Notes under the pieces: generated by a model | Seen by the model: only the letters and a program-made list of their open reading frames with translations | The model's database searches: none | What the model was told of the DNA's origin: nothing | IMG/VR virus record: IMGVR_UViG_3300043449_002450 | Location: 32,001-96,000 of that record | Source of the DNA: a virus | DNA length: 64,000 bases | Strand: one strand, 5' to 3' | Translations under genes and position numbers: made by a program | In this document: positions 17,939-28,431 of the stretch, in pieces | Layout of the letters: each line of letters starts with the position of its first letter | How positions within the stretch are numbered: the stretch's first letter is position 1

Positions 17939-19786
17939 ATGGCCCTAACTGATGTAAAAAAGTCTTTAAAGCAAAAAAGGCAGCGGAATTATCTAGCAAG
18001 AGATTTTGACAGCTTTAGATCAGAGTTTGTTCAATACGCTAAGACCTATTTTCCTGATAAGATTCAGGACTTCTCTGAAGCGTCTGTGGGCGGAATGCTG
18101 CTTGATTTGGTTGCTTATATCGGAGATTCTACTTCTTTTTATCTTGATCACCAGTTTAACGAGCTTAGCCTTGATACAGCTGTAGAAAGAGGAAACATTG
18201 AGCGTCTAGTTCGTCTTGCAGGTGTCAAGATAAAAGGCGCAGCGCCCGCATTTTGCGATGTAGACTTCACGTTTAGCGTCGATGCAGAATTGACTTCTCT
18301 GGGCTACCTTCCTAAAAATTCACAACTCCCGATCCTCAGAACAGGCACAACTCTAAAGTCTAATTCGGGAATCGAGTTTACGCTATCTGATGATATTGAT
18401 TTTTCTCAAACGAATGCTAGAAACAAATATATTGCATCTTACAAAGTTACGTCAACAGGATCAAGAGGTGAACCAACAACTTTTAATGTGACAAGACGTG
18501 GAACATGCGTTTCTGGCGCAACATCAGAAGAATTGTTTACATTTGGTTCTGATCTTACGCCGTTTAAGACTATAAATCTTGCAAATTCAAATGTTAGTGA
18601 AATTCTCCTAGTCAAAGATACGGATGGAAATGAGTATTACGAGGTTGACTCGCTGGCACAAGATACAGTCTTTAAGGTTATAGACAACGCAAATCCTGAA
18701 GATGGTATCTCTGATTCTCTCGCCGTCATTCCCGCGCCATATCGATTTGTCACAAGAATTGCAGCAGACTCAGGCGCTGCAGAGCTAATATTCGGATCGG
18801 GAAATGCTGCCTCTTTAGATAATGATATATTGCCAGACCCGAGTCAGGTCTCTCTTCCTCTTTTTGGTGATAGAAAGACATTTCCAAAAGTCACAATAGA
18901 TCCTAACTCGCTTCTTAACTCACAAAGCTTAGGAATTACTCCAGCTAGCACGACAATTCGAGTCAGATATCGTCATGGTGGTGGTGTGTCACACAACGTG
19001 TCTGCCAACACCATCAAAACAGTTATTAACTTGGAGACAAGCTTTGGATCTGCTGTAACACCAGCAAAAGTTGCTGCAATAAGAGCGTCAGTTGTTGTTA
19101 ATAATCAAAGAGCCGCTTTAGGTGGAGAAAATGCACCAACGCTTGAAGATTTACGGCAAGTTGCTTTAGCAGTTAGAAACTCTCAAAATAGAGTTGTTTC
19201 CAAAGAGGATCTTATCGCTCGCGTTTTCTTGATGCCCACAAATTTTGGAAGACCATTTAGAATCGGTCTTAGTCCTAATCCTGTCAATCCACTATCATCA
19301 ATCATTTATCTAGTTAGCAGAGACGCTGATGAGAAGCTAGCACAATCTCCTGACGCCCTAAAGAGAAATATTGCAACATACATTAATGAATTCAGATTAG
19401 TATCAGACTCATTTGACATTCTTGATGCAAAAATAGTCAATATTGGATTTGAATACCGAGTGTCCATCGACCCAAGAGATGACAAGTCTGGTATCTTAAC
19501 AAGAATAAATAATTCAATAAAAACCTATCTAGAAACAGCAAATATGAACATCGATGCGCCAATTATGATCGCTGATCTTATGAATCTCATAATTAATCAA
19601 GATGGCGTTCTAAGCTTAGATAGCTACACATTTACAAGCCTTACCGGCACCATAGACGACAGAAAATACTCGTCTACACCAATAAGCATCAAAAATTCTA
19701 TTGTTAAGGGAAAGCTAGTGCCACCATTAGGTGGTATATTTGAAGTGAAATACCCAGATTCGGACATTGTTGGCAATGCCGTGTAG
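17939..19786 (+). CDS. Baseplate wedge subunit, gp6/baseplate J-like
   Basis: YLARDFDSFR, DFSEASVG..LLDLVAYIGD..FYLD, ELIFGSG, YRHGGG..NV, GGENAPTLEDLR, QNRVVSKED. Confidence 0.9.
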   Translation: MALTDVKKSLKQKRQRNYLARDFDSFRSEFVQYAKTYFPDKIQDFSEASVGGMLLDLVAYIGDSTSFYLDHQFNELSLDTAVERGNIERLVRLAGVKIKGAAPAFCDVDFTFSVDAELTSLGYLPKNSQLPILRTGTTLKSNSGIEFTLSDDIDFSQTNARNKYIASYKVTSTGSRGEPTTFNVTRRGTCVSGATSEELFTFGSDLTPFKTINLANSNVSEILLVKDTDGNEYYEVDSLAQDTVFKVIDNANPEDGISDSLAVIPAPYRFVTRIAADSGAAELIFGSGNAASLDNDILPDPSQVSLPLFGDRKTFPKVTIDPNSLLNSQSLGITPASTTIRVRYRHGGGVSHNVSANTIKTVINLETSFGSAVTPAKVAAIRASVVVNNQRAALGGENAPTLEDLRQVALAVRNSQNRVVSKEDLIARVFLMPTNFGRPFRIGLSPNPVNPLSSIIYLVSRDADEKLAQSPDALKRNIATYINEFRLVSDSFDILDAKIVNIGFEYRVSIDPRDDKSGILTRINNSIKTYLETANMNIDAPIMIADLMNLIINQDGVLSLDSYTFTSLTGTIDDRKYSSTPISIKNSIVKGKLVPPLGGIFEVKYPDSDIVGNAV

Positions 19787-19794
19787 GAGTCAAA

Positions 19795-21309
19795 GTGTAT
19801 AGAGTCTTCCAGACAGATAAAGATGCATACATTACCAACAAGATAATATCGCCAACGCTTAGAGCTGTTGATTCTAACACTGGTCAAGCTGGAACTGTCG
19901 ATCTTTTTAAACTTTATGATGAGAATACCATAGAAGGAGAATCTGCACCAATTGAGCTTTCGCGAGGACTAATTCACTTTGATATAACAGAACTTAGTAG
20001 ATCGTTAGCAGCGGGTGAATTTGACATAAGGTCTTCTAACTTTAAGTGTAGACTTTACATGCATGATGTCTACGGAGGCCAAACAACACCATCAAATTTC
20101 TCTTTAGTTGTTTATCCATTATCAAAAAGTTTTGACGAAGGAATAGGAAGAGACATTATTAGATTTGAAGATATTGATGTTGTGAACTACATTACAGCAT
20201 CCACATCACTATCGGCAACAATGTGGTCCACACAGGGCGCCGGCGCTGGAGGCACACTAGGCAATCCTAACTTAGACTACTTTACACAGGGTAATCTAAA
20301 TGATGGGCTAGGTGTTCTAACATTTGCCGTGACACAATCATTCGAATCTGGTGAAGAGGATCTTGATGTCGATGTCACTAGAATCATGTCAGGCGTCCTG
20401 TCAGGACAAATGCCCGATGCAGGATTTAGAATATCATTCATAGATGCGCAGGAGCAAGATGCAAAGACTCGATTTGTCAAGAGATTCGCTTCAAGAAACA
20501 CTACAAACACTTCAAAAAGGCCCGAGCTTATTGTCACATATGATGACACAATATCTGATAGCACTCAAATCTTCGAGTTCAACACAACAGGATCAATATT
20601 TTTAAACTCATTTAATAGAGGTGCACCTGCAAACCTACTGTCAGGTTCCGCTTTGGCGTCTCTTACGGGACAAAACTGCTTAAAAGTAAAGATTACATCG
20701 GGATCATTGACAAGAACATTCGACGCATCACAGCACAAGATAGGAAACACTTACATCGTAGGGGTGTATTCTGCGTCATTTCTTGTAAACTCGTTTGATA
20801 ACGACATTTTTCCTTATATGACAGCATCAAATTACCCGTCGCTTGAATTCGGTGTTAAATGGCTGTCACAAGACCAAACAGTTCAATTTGCTACGGGCAC
20901 TCTCAACATCGCACATCGTAATACAACATATTTTTCTCAAACACCCGAGCGCTATTTTGTAAACATTACAAATATGAGATCATCATATAAGTTTACTGAG
21001 AAATTTAGATTCCGGCTCTTCATCGAAGACTTTAACCGCGAAATTAAATCTGTTAAGACGCCTTTAGAAAATACAGGTATTGTTGTTGAAAATTGTCAAT
21101 TCAGAGTCAGAGACTTTGAGAGTGGTGACATTATTATCCCATTCCATGATCCTGGCACAAAGACATCTAATGATGCAACGACTCATTATTTTGACTTCTA
21201 TATGTCTTCTCTGCCTAGAGGAAGGACATACACGTTTGACTTTAAGATTATTAATAAGGGTCAAGAAATCGTTATTAATGATGTAGCAGCCAAATTTAGG
21301 GTGGAATAA
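19795..21309 (+). CDS. Putative baseplate/virion structural protein
   Basis: DKDAYIT...SRGLIHFD...RPELIVTYDD resembles DNRLRE-type beta domains; follows the gp6-like gene; GTG start with AGGAG. Confidence 0.6.
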   Translation: MYRVFQTDKDAYITNKIISPTLRAVDSNTGQAGTVDLFKLYDENTIEGESAPIELSRGLIHFDITELSRSLAAGEFDIRSSNFKCRLYMHDVYGGQTTPSNFSLVVYPLSKSFDEGIGRDIIRFEDIDVVNYITASTSLSATMWSTQGAGAGGTLGNPNLDYFTQGNLNDGLGVLTFAVTQSFESGEEDLDVDVTRIMSGVLSGQMPDAGFRISFIDAQEQDAKTRFVKRFASRNTTNTSKRPELIVTYDDTISDSTQIFEFNTTGSIFLNSFNRGAPANLLSGSALASLTGQNCLKVKITSGSLTRTFDASQHKIGNTYIVGVYSASFLVNSFDNDIFPYMTASNYPSLEFGVKWLSQDQTVQFATGTLNIAHRNTTYFSQTPERYFVNITNMRSSYKFTEKFRFRLFIEDFNREIKSVKTPLENTGIVVENCQFRVRDFESGDIIIPFHDPGTKTSNDATTHYFDFYMSSLPRGRTYTFDFKIINKGQEIVINDVAAKFRVE

Positions 21310-24300
21310 TGCCTCGCCTGAGAACAAGACCTTCGATCTTCAAGGCAAAATCAAGCCTAAGTTCAACAAATGGAATTAGTAGATCTGTTAGTAATAGCAC
21401 CTTATTTGGAAGAAACACGTCAAATGATTCTTTCGCATTAGACTCATACAAATCAGGAATTAAATCAACACAGCAGCTATCTATTAATTTTTCTAACTTT
21501 GAGAACCATACATTTTTTGCTCCTGCAAGAGCCAAGGTTGACATTGCAGCCCACAAAGTTTTTAATGAATTTCCTTACACAGGATCTTTGAGCGATATTG
21601 ACGCTTTCTTACAAAGCTTGACAGGTTTTGAGCGCTATGTCTATGATAACACACCTAAAAATGCCGGATATCTGCTATTTCAAGGTGCAGTTAACAACGG
21701 GACATTTATAGATGTAAGTCCAATATCCGGTAATAAGTTTCCCAAAGCACCCGGTGCTACAAGCCAAAATGCTTTATCTCTGTCAAGTAGCCCATTTGAA
21801 ATAGAAGCACACGTCTATGTTTCACCTAATGCCAATAATGTCCAAATAATCACCCAAAGATCATCATCAGACGCTGCCTTTACGCTTGCGCTTGACCAAT
21901 CAGCAAGCACAACACAGTGCAACTTAATGTTCCTGGTATCATCAGCCTCAGACGCCTATGTCATAGCATCCGCTTCCATAGGAAAAGGACAATTTAATCA
22001 TCTTCGGGCGAGATTAAATTCCGAACTAAGCGGAAAAAGAGCAGTAATTTACTTAAATGGCAATCTAATAGCATCATCATCTGATATACAGGACTTTGGT
22101 GATCTTAATTTCACAACACAGAGCATGCTGATAGGTTCTGGATCTGCGCATGGCATCATTGATTATGCCATTAGCCCAGTGACAACATTTGACGGCGCAA
22201 TTGATGAATTTAGATTTTTTGTTGGTGATCGGACGCAAGATGATGCTGAAAAATATGCATACCAGCAGATCTATAAAAATGATTTGATGAAGCTTAGGTT
22301 TGGATTTGACGAACCTTATGGGACGTATGATTGTGAAGACGTCGTTCTAGATTCATCTGGGAATGCTTTACATTCTTATATTAATAACTACACAAGCATC
22401 TTAAGGTTGACATCATCAATCTCATTACCCCTTACGCGCCAGGATTATTACTATAGTCCCATTCTATTTGCAGATGAGCTAACTACACAAACTTACTACC
22501 AGTCACTCATCACAAGCGCATCTGAATATGATAGTGACAACCCTAACATTATTTTTACTCTTGTTCCACTTCACTACTTGGTCGAGAGTGCAAATGCGTC
22601 AGGTCTCATCGATTATGACAGCGGCTTAGGAACACTTCCCACACTTGATACAATACCTGGCACAGGTAACCTAGCCACTACAGCTGCTCTGACACGAATT
22701 CTATGCACATTATCAATACCGCTCGATGAAATTAAGCAGTTTGTTGATAGCATGTCTAAGCTTCTCGCCATCGAACTAGACTCAGATGAAGATGTAAGTG
22801 ACCAAATGCTTCCATTTGTTGCTGACTACTTTGGTGTAGAACTTCCTAACTTTTTTGCTAAATCAAACACAGAACAATTTGTCTTTGGAGAAAATGTTCT
22901 AGAAGACCAGGTAACAGACTACACTCTAAAAGAACTACGAAGCACACTTTGGCGTAGAATTTTGGCAAATATGCCAAACATTAACGTGTCTAAAGGCACA
23001 CCATCTGCTGTAAGATCGGTATTCTTATCATCAGGTATTGTTCCCGAAAACTTTTTTGAGATTAGAGAGTTGGGCATGGCAGGCGAGACACGCTTGCAAG
23101 ACAAGAGAGAGCAGACAGTAGAAGTCATGTCTGTTCTTGACTTCTCAGGAAGTTTAGCAGCACCTACAGGAAGCAACGCTTTAATGGGGTTCAAGAGTGA
23201 TTCACCAAGGGTCGTCGGTTCCTACTTAAGCGCATCCAGAGTAGAAGTAGGATACCCATATCCTGTCGGAACATTTACCAACAAAGACATTTATTACCCA
23301 CATGGAATATCTAATAGCACTAGAGATGGTCTTTTAACAAGCGGATCTTTTTCAGTCGAAGCATCATACGTCTTTGATGTTACAAAGACACACCCAGCAC
23401 CACAGAGCCTGATGCGACTGGAGACAACATCAAGCTCGGGCTTTAACCCGCTTCTAATGAATTTAGTCTACAATCATGCAGGCATATCGGGTAGTGTTAC
23501 TTGCTCTCTATGCGTTGATTCAGTCAATACAACTAATCCAAGCGTGCTAAATTTAGTTTTGACAGGTGTCAACCTTTATGATGGTGATCGCTGGGTTGTA
23601 GGACTTGAGAAGAAAAGGCTCGATGATTTAGGCATATCATCGGGAAGCAACTACACATTAAGATGCGGTCGTCAAGCAGGCAATACTGTAGCTTTTTTCA
23701 CGACTTCGTCTTATTTCCTAGAGACGACAAATAGCGCCAATAATGCATTTTGCAACGTTGGAACACACAATGCATCTGGTAGCTTTGTAGTGATTGGATC
23801 GCAAAGTATTGACGATACACACAGCTTATTTTTAAATAATTTTGGATCAAAAGAGACACTCTTTACGGGCAAGATATCGGGAGTTAGATTTTGGTCAACT
23901 GATATTGGTCAAGCATCGTTTATCGAACACGTGAGGAGCGCCTACAATATAGGCACAAGCAACCCAGAATTAGGTCTGGGATTCGATTTGGTCCAGACAG
24001 GTGCATACCAACGGCTTCGTGTAGATGCTAGCTGCGATCAATCTACGATCAACGCAGACACGGCAGGAAATATTAGATTGTTTGATTTTAGCCAAAATTC
24101 ACTGCACTTGAGTGGATCTGGCTTTGAAGCTGGCGCGACAGTCATTAAGCCTTATAGGCAGTTTATTAATCGATTGGCACCTAGATTTGACTTGCAACAA
24201 AGCTCAAACAAGGTAAGAATAAGGGGACTTAATACTGTCCTGCCCACTGATCCCCAATATGTCATAACAGGACCTGCCTATGAGATCTATAGCGTTGACA

Positions 24301-24644
24301 ACATAGTTGATGATGTTCGATATTCAATAGAGCACTCAATAGTAAAAGCACTTGATCAAGATATTATTGCGACTATTGGAGACACACAGTATCTTGATAA
24401 TGCGTTAGGTAGCCAGGCAGACCTCTACGCAGATTCTTACAGCGATCTTGACCATCTTTCAAATGTTTATTTTAATAGGTTAACAGATAAAGTTGATATT
24501 ATGAGAACATATGAGGTTTTTAGATGGGTTGATACTGCCTTAAGTCAGCTTATAGAGTCGATTCTTCCCAAGAGAACAAGATTTTTAGGTATCAACTACG
24601 TTATAGAACCACACATACTTGAAAGAGGAAAAATTAGATACTAA
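21309..24644 (+). CDS. Large baseplate-associated protein with LamG/concanavalin-like domains and a P2 gpI/gp7-like segment
   Basis: FDGAIDEFRF...LRFGFDE..VLDSSGN and FTGKISGVRFW (LamG-like); MLPFVADYFG...ILANMPNINVSKGTPSAVR (wedge-like). May extend to 24731 (see findings). Confidence 0.7.
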   Translation: MPRLRTRPSIFKAKSSLSSTNGISRSVSNSTLFGRNTSNDSFALDSYKSGIKSTQQLSINFSNFENHTFFAPARAKVDIAAHKVFNEFPYTGSLSDIDAFLQSLTGFERYVYDNTPKNAGYLLFQGAVNNGTFIDVSPISGNKFPKAPGATSQNALSLSSSPFEIEAHVYVSPNANNVQIITQRSSSDAAFTLALDQSASTTQCNLMFLVSSASDAYVIASASIGKGQFNHLRARLNSELSGKRAVIYLNGNLIASSSDIQDFGDLNFTTQSMLIGSGSAHGIIDYAISPVTTFDGAIDEFRFFVGDRTQDDAEKYAYQQIYKNDLMKLRFGFDEPYGTYDCEDVVLDSSGNALHSYINNYTSILRLTSSISLPLTRQDYYYSPILFADELTTQTYYQSLITSASEYDSDNPNIIFTLVPLHYLVESANASGLIDYDSGLGTLPTLDTIPGTGNLATTAALTRILCTLSIPLDEIKQFVDSMSKLLAIELDSDEDVSDQMLPFVADYFGVELPNFFAKSNTEQFVFGENVLEDQVTDYTLKELRSTLWRRILANMPNINVSKGTPSAVRSVFLSSGIVPENFFEIRELGMAGETRLQDKREQTVEVMSVLDFSGSLAAPTGSNALMGFKSDSPRVVGSYLSASRVEVGYPYPVGTFTNKDIYYPHGISNSTRDGLLTSGSFSVEASYVFDVTKTHPAPQSLMRLETTSSSGFNPLLMNLVYNHAGISGSVTCSLCVDSVNTTNPSVLNLVLTGVNLYDGDRWVVGLEKKRLDDLGISSGSNYTLRCGRQAGNTVAFFTTSSYFLETTNSANNAFCNVGTHNASGSFVVIGSQSIDDTHSLFLNNFGSKETLFTGKISGVRFWSTDIGQASFIEHVRSAYNIGTSNPELGLGFDLVQTGAYQRLRVDASCDQSTINADTAGNIRLFDFSQNSLHLSGSGFEAGATVIKPYRQFINRLAPRFDLQQSSNKVRIRGLNTVLPTDPQYVITGPAYEIYSVDNIVDDVRYSIEHSIVKALDQDIIATIGDTQYLDNALGSQADLYADSYSDLDHLSNVYFNRLTDKVDIMRTYEVFRWVDTALSQLIESILPKRTRFLGINYVIEPHILERGKIRY

Positions 24645-24727
24645 TCGGATGAGATGGCTATTTCGACAACAGGCAGAAAAGTTTCTGCGACAATTAGTAA
24701 AGTTGAGTTTTCTGCAGGAAAGACTAA

Positions 24728-25444
24728 ATGAAGCCCTATAATGATCAAGGAACATTTAGATATCACGATACAACAGTGTCGCCGATATCATCAAGTTTTT
24801 CTCCAGATCTAAACTTTGCGCAAGGTGTCGAGATAAGACAGGGTAGAAATGTCTTTAAAGCATCGGCACGGCCATTTATCTCATCGGGCCGCTGGTTGGA
24901 TATGCAGGAAGATGGTGTCATCGACCAAGAAGTTGCACCTTCTGTTCTAGGCGTGCTAATTGATCCTCTACCCTACGTAAAGTTTAATGATGCTGATGAG
25001 CGAAGAGCACCAAGCCAGATCCTTCAAGATGAAGAGATAGTTAGATCAGACACTATAGATTATAGTGATGACACAAGCAAAGACGGGCGAGCCACGGTTT
25101 TTAACCTAAATGCTAGAAGCTACATCTTTCGTGATGAAATACCGCTCCCAGCACGTGGCGTAAAGATCAACAATGAATCAATTCAGGGATACAGCGTAGG
25201 CACAAGATTTTCTCCCTACTACGAAGATGGAGAAAGCATACTTGGAATAGTGAAGCTAGGATTCCATGGAACACCCAGCGAAGTTGTAGACATATACTAC
25301 GACACTGTGCTGACAAGCTCGCTTGGCACAAAGATTGATTATGACTCGTTTGATCCGCTTAGCGTGTATGGATCATTTGGGCGCGATCTATATTCGGCAA
25401 TATTCGAGACGGATTCGGTAGCATACGCGGGGTTATTGAGATGA
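24728..25444 (+). CDS. Hypothetical protein in the tail/baseplate module
   Basis: 238-aa ORF; ATGA overlap with the next gene. Confidence 0.6.
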   Translation: MKPYNDQGTFRYHDTTVSPISSSFSPDLNFAQGVEIRQGRNVFKASARPFISSGRWLDMQEDGVIDQEVAPSVLGVLIDPLPYVKFNDADERRAPSQILQDEEIVRSDTIDYSDDTSKDGRATVFNLNARSYIFRDEIPLPARGVKINNESIQGYSVGTRFSPYYEDGESILGIVKLGFHGTPSEVVDIYYDTVLTSSLGTKIDYDSFDPLSVYGSFGRDLYSAIFETDSVAYAGLLR

Positions 25445-28413
25445 AAAGCAGAATACTTAATGTTTCGCCTCGTCCCTATCTAAGAGACTTAGATTCCAAA
25501 AATGTCTTACCCGCAATTGTCAGGACAGGATATCAAAATGAGATTGGATCAAAAAATGAGCCGTTCAATGATGCTGATGTTTTAGTCTACACATCAAGTC
25601 AAGTCATTGCGCCCTACATGATCCCATCGGCATCTGCAGGTTTTACGACAGGCTCTCTAATTTTCACAAGCAACATTAAAGATTCAACGTCATACCTTGA
25701 CAAGCCTGTCGTCAATGGTGTGCTTTCACCGTTTATTGAATATTCAAATCCCGCAGGTTATAACTTAGGTTCTGAAGATAAAGGTTTCCCGCAAAACACA
25801 TATCCGGGTTTTTCGTCTCCTGAAAAAGATAAAATTGCCATAACAATCGACATAACACCCAGCGCTGAGAAAAAACTTACACGTCTTAGTAGAGCTGACA
25901 GCATATCAGGATCTGCGGCTGGCGAGTTTTATGATTCAACACACACAGGATTTGCTTATTTCAACTTTGTAAATAAGACATGGGACTATGTCGGTGAGAC
26001 TGATCCTGTAACAGGAGCGGATCTAAATTACACTTCTATCTTGACTTCGTCTGATGCTAGAATGACAAGCGGTCATAGAAAGATGATGTCGCAGTTTTGT
26101 AGCACACCTAACGTTGCAGGATCAACTAATCCTGCTGCGGGTTTAGCGCCTACGACTGTTAGCCAGCAATATGATAGAGGCTACGATAAAATTGGTGAGC
26201 CAACCTCAATGTTTGAGGCACCATACGCACCGCGCTATCATGCTAATCAAAACCAAACAATCAAACTTTCAGACTACATTAAGCATCCAATTGTTGTGGA
26301 CAGATTCTCAGTCGAGCTTCCTGTTAAATCTAGAAGAATTCAAAATCCACCCGTAGATGCCACTTGGTCAAGAGACACTGGATTTGGACGAGATATTGAT
26401 AACTACGTTGTCTTCCTATACACACAAAATAGATCAAATGCTGTCAAAGACAGCATAACGGATGTCTCAAGTAGCATAAGAAATCTAGTAGCTAGAAAGT
26501 CATTCTGCTTCTATAACACACAGACATTTTCTTCTGGCCTACAAGCACAGCCTATAATACATGATGCAGCCTACTCTGCGTCATTTAGCATGACATCAAC
26601 TCAAGCCAAGACGGCAGGCGTTCGCCAGATAGAAGAAATTGATGCAAATGTCTATATGACATTTCGGCCCACAACATTTAATCAATATTATGGTGGACAA
26701 TCAAAATACGGCGCATTTAGAGAAAATGCTTCATCAAAAGACAACATCATACTGCAGCATTTTTGGCGCGGCGGACAGTATGCATCTGGTTCTACAAATG
26801 ACAGCTTTGTTCGATGGGGATCGTCGACCTACACGTTAAATAAAATGGCAGGCTATGAAGCTGAATCGGGCAGCATGAACCAGAGCCTTGTTGCTACCGT
26901 CCCAAGCCAGCGGGCGCTTATTAGCTCATTTTGGAAATCATCACAAGATACAAGAACAGATACAGCATGGACTCCTGATGCTAAAATATCAACAGAAATT
27001 TCATGTAGTGTCGAGACGCCAATTATTCTATTTCCTGAAGACGAGCTAGTCCTCGGAATCGAGTCAGGTGTTCATCCAAATACAGCATTTGTTAATTCTA
27101 CAGGAAGCGGCTTAGATGAATCATTGTTTAACGTCACAGGTTCAGTGCTCACCATCAAACAAGAGAATGCTAAGATTGTAATCTATGGATCTCTTGTGCA
27201 GAATGCAAAAGAACTTTTGCCCAGTCTAAACCAGCATCTCGGCTCAGCGGCTGTCAGCGAGGATATACACTATAACAACTCAGTTGTAGATCAATATGAT
27301 GTCTATCCGCGTGCTTATTACTCGGCTTCATACATTAATAACATCATAAACGGATCTAATCTTCCTAATAGAAGAAGAATTGGTAATTTCACTGACGTAA
27401 ATCCCGCTCAAAGCATTTCAAGAGGTTATCTAACATATGCAAATACACAATTCACGGGTTCATTTTCGAGAAATTTAAAGATCTTTGATCAAGATGTTGT
27501 CTTTTATGATTCAATGACACCTGCGCCTAGCGCAATTGCAGCTGGAATTACAAGCGCATCAGCCAATTTGACAGCCTCATACACAGGATCTGCTGGCTCT
27601 CAAACGTTAATCAGCGCGTCAGTGCCGCCATCTAGAGTAAGAATTGATAGAATATTTGTTGATACAGATGTTACGGTTAGTGTATTTCCTGCCGTAAACA
27701 TAGACATACCAGTTTTTGCAATCCAAAATATCAAACCAGGCGAAAATACTTATGATGTTGGAGGCGTGTCTGTTAAATTCATTAGTAATGATAAAAGATA
27801 TTTTAGAAATGCTTTTGCTTACGAAACAAGCACAGAAAATACGCAGAGGAGTAGAGAAATTGAGCTAGAGCTCATAAGAGCACCACTAACAAGCTTGTCT
27901 CCGATCGCGTTTGGTGTAACATCAGTTCTTGGAAGAGGCGACGCAGCACGTGCTTTGCTTTATTATGATTCTTCATGGCATCCTCTTTTCAATGACTTTG
28001 AGCCCGATATTGATCCTCCTTTTAAATTCAACTACGGTGCAGGCGCAGCATCAATACGTTATGGCCTTTCTAACATACGTCTAACACCACCAACATACGT
28101 TTTTAAACGAGATCATTATGGCTTTGTTCGAGACATGCTAGAACAGTCACGCGATTCTAGAGCACAATATCTAGTTGGATCAAAGCCAGTTGTTACAGAT
28201 AGTGTCGTTATTGCTGAGTTTGTTAGTGCATCATCGGACATTAAAGCTGACCCATACAGGACTCAGTGTAATAACGTCAGTAGATTTTGTACATCGTCTG
28301 TTCCTTACGATGATGGACGTGTTAGAAGCAGAGGCGCTGTTCCTGCTGTAACATTGTCAATTGGCCCCAACAATCTCATTTTTGGTGTTACAGGTAGCTT
28401 TGGATTCAAATAG
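25441..28413 (+). CDS. Large Ser/Thr-rich putative virion protein
   Basis: 990 aa, beta-rich composition, 16 [ST][GA]S motifs, within the structural operon. Confidence 0.65.
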   Translation: MKSRILNVSPRPYLRDLDSKNVLPAIVRTGYQNEIGSKNEPFNDADVLVYTSSQVIAPYMIPSASAGFTTGSLIFTSNIKDSTSYLDKPVVNGVLSPFIEYSNPAGYNLGSEDKGFPQNTYPGFSSPEKDKIAITIDITPSAEKKLTRLSRADSISGSAAGEFYDSTHTGFAYFNFVNKTWDYVGETDPVTGADLNYTSILTSSDARMTSGHRKMMSQFCSTPNVAGSTNPAAGLAPTTVSQQYDRGYDKIGEPTSMFEAPYAPRYHANQNQTIKLSDYIKHPIVVDRFSVELPVKSRRIQNPPVDATWSRDTGFGRDIDNYVVFLYTQNRSNAVKDSITDVSSSIRNLVARKSFCFYNTQTFSSGLQAQPIIHDAAYSASFSMTSTQAKTAGVRQIEEIDANVYMTFRPTTFNQYYGGQSKYGAFRENASSKDNIILQHFWRGGQYASGSTNDSFVRWGSSTYTLNKMAGYEAESGSMNQSLVATVPSQRALISSFWKSSQDTRTDTAWTPDAKISTEISCSVETPIILFPEDELVLGIESGVHPNTAFVNSTGSGLDESLFNVTGSVLTIKQENAKIVIYGSLVQNAKELLPSLNQHLGSAAVSEDIHYNNSVVDQYDVYPRAYYSASYINNIINGSNLPNRRRIGNFTDVNPAQSISRGYLTYANTQFTGSFSRNLKIFDQDVVFYDSMTPAPSAIAAGITSASANLTASYTGSAGSQTLISASVPPSRVRIDRIFVDTDVTVSVFPAVNIDIPVFAIQNIKPGENTYDVGGVSVKFISNDKRYFRNAFAYETSTENTQRSREIELELIRAPLTSLSPIAFGVTSVLGRGDAARALLYYDSSWHPLFNDFEPDIDPPFKFNYGAGAASIRYGLSNIRLTPPTYVFKRDHYGFVRDMLEQSRDSRAQYLVGSKPVVTDSVVIAEFVSASSDIKADPYRTQCNNVSRFCTSSVPYDDGRVRSRGAVPAVTLSIGPNNLIFGVTGSFGFK

Positions 28414-28416
28414 TTA
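28410..28416 (+). promoter_or_regulatory. Putative late promoter motif ATAGTTA
   Basis: Instance overlapping the upstream stop, before GAGG and ATG 28432. Confidence 0.5.
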
Positions 28417-28431
28417 GATTAGAGGATTGAG

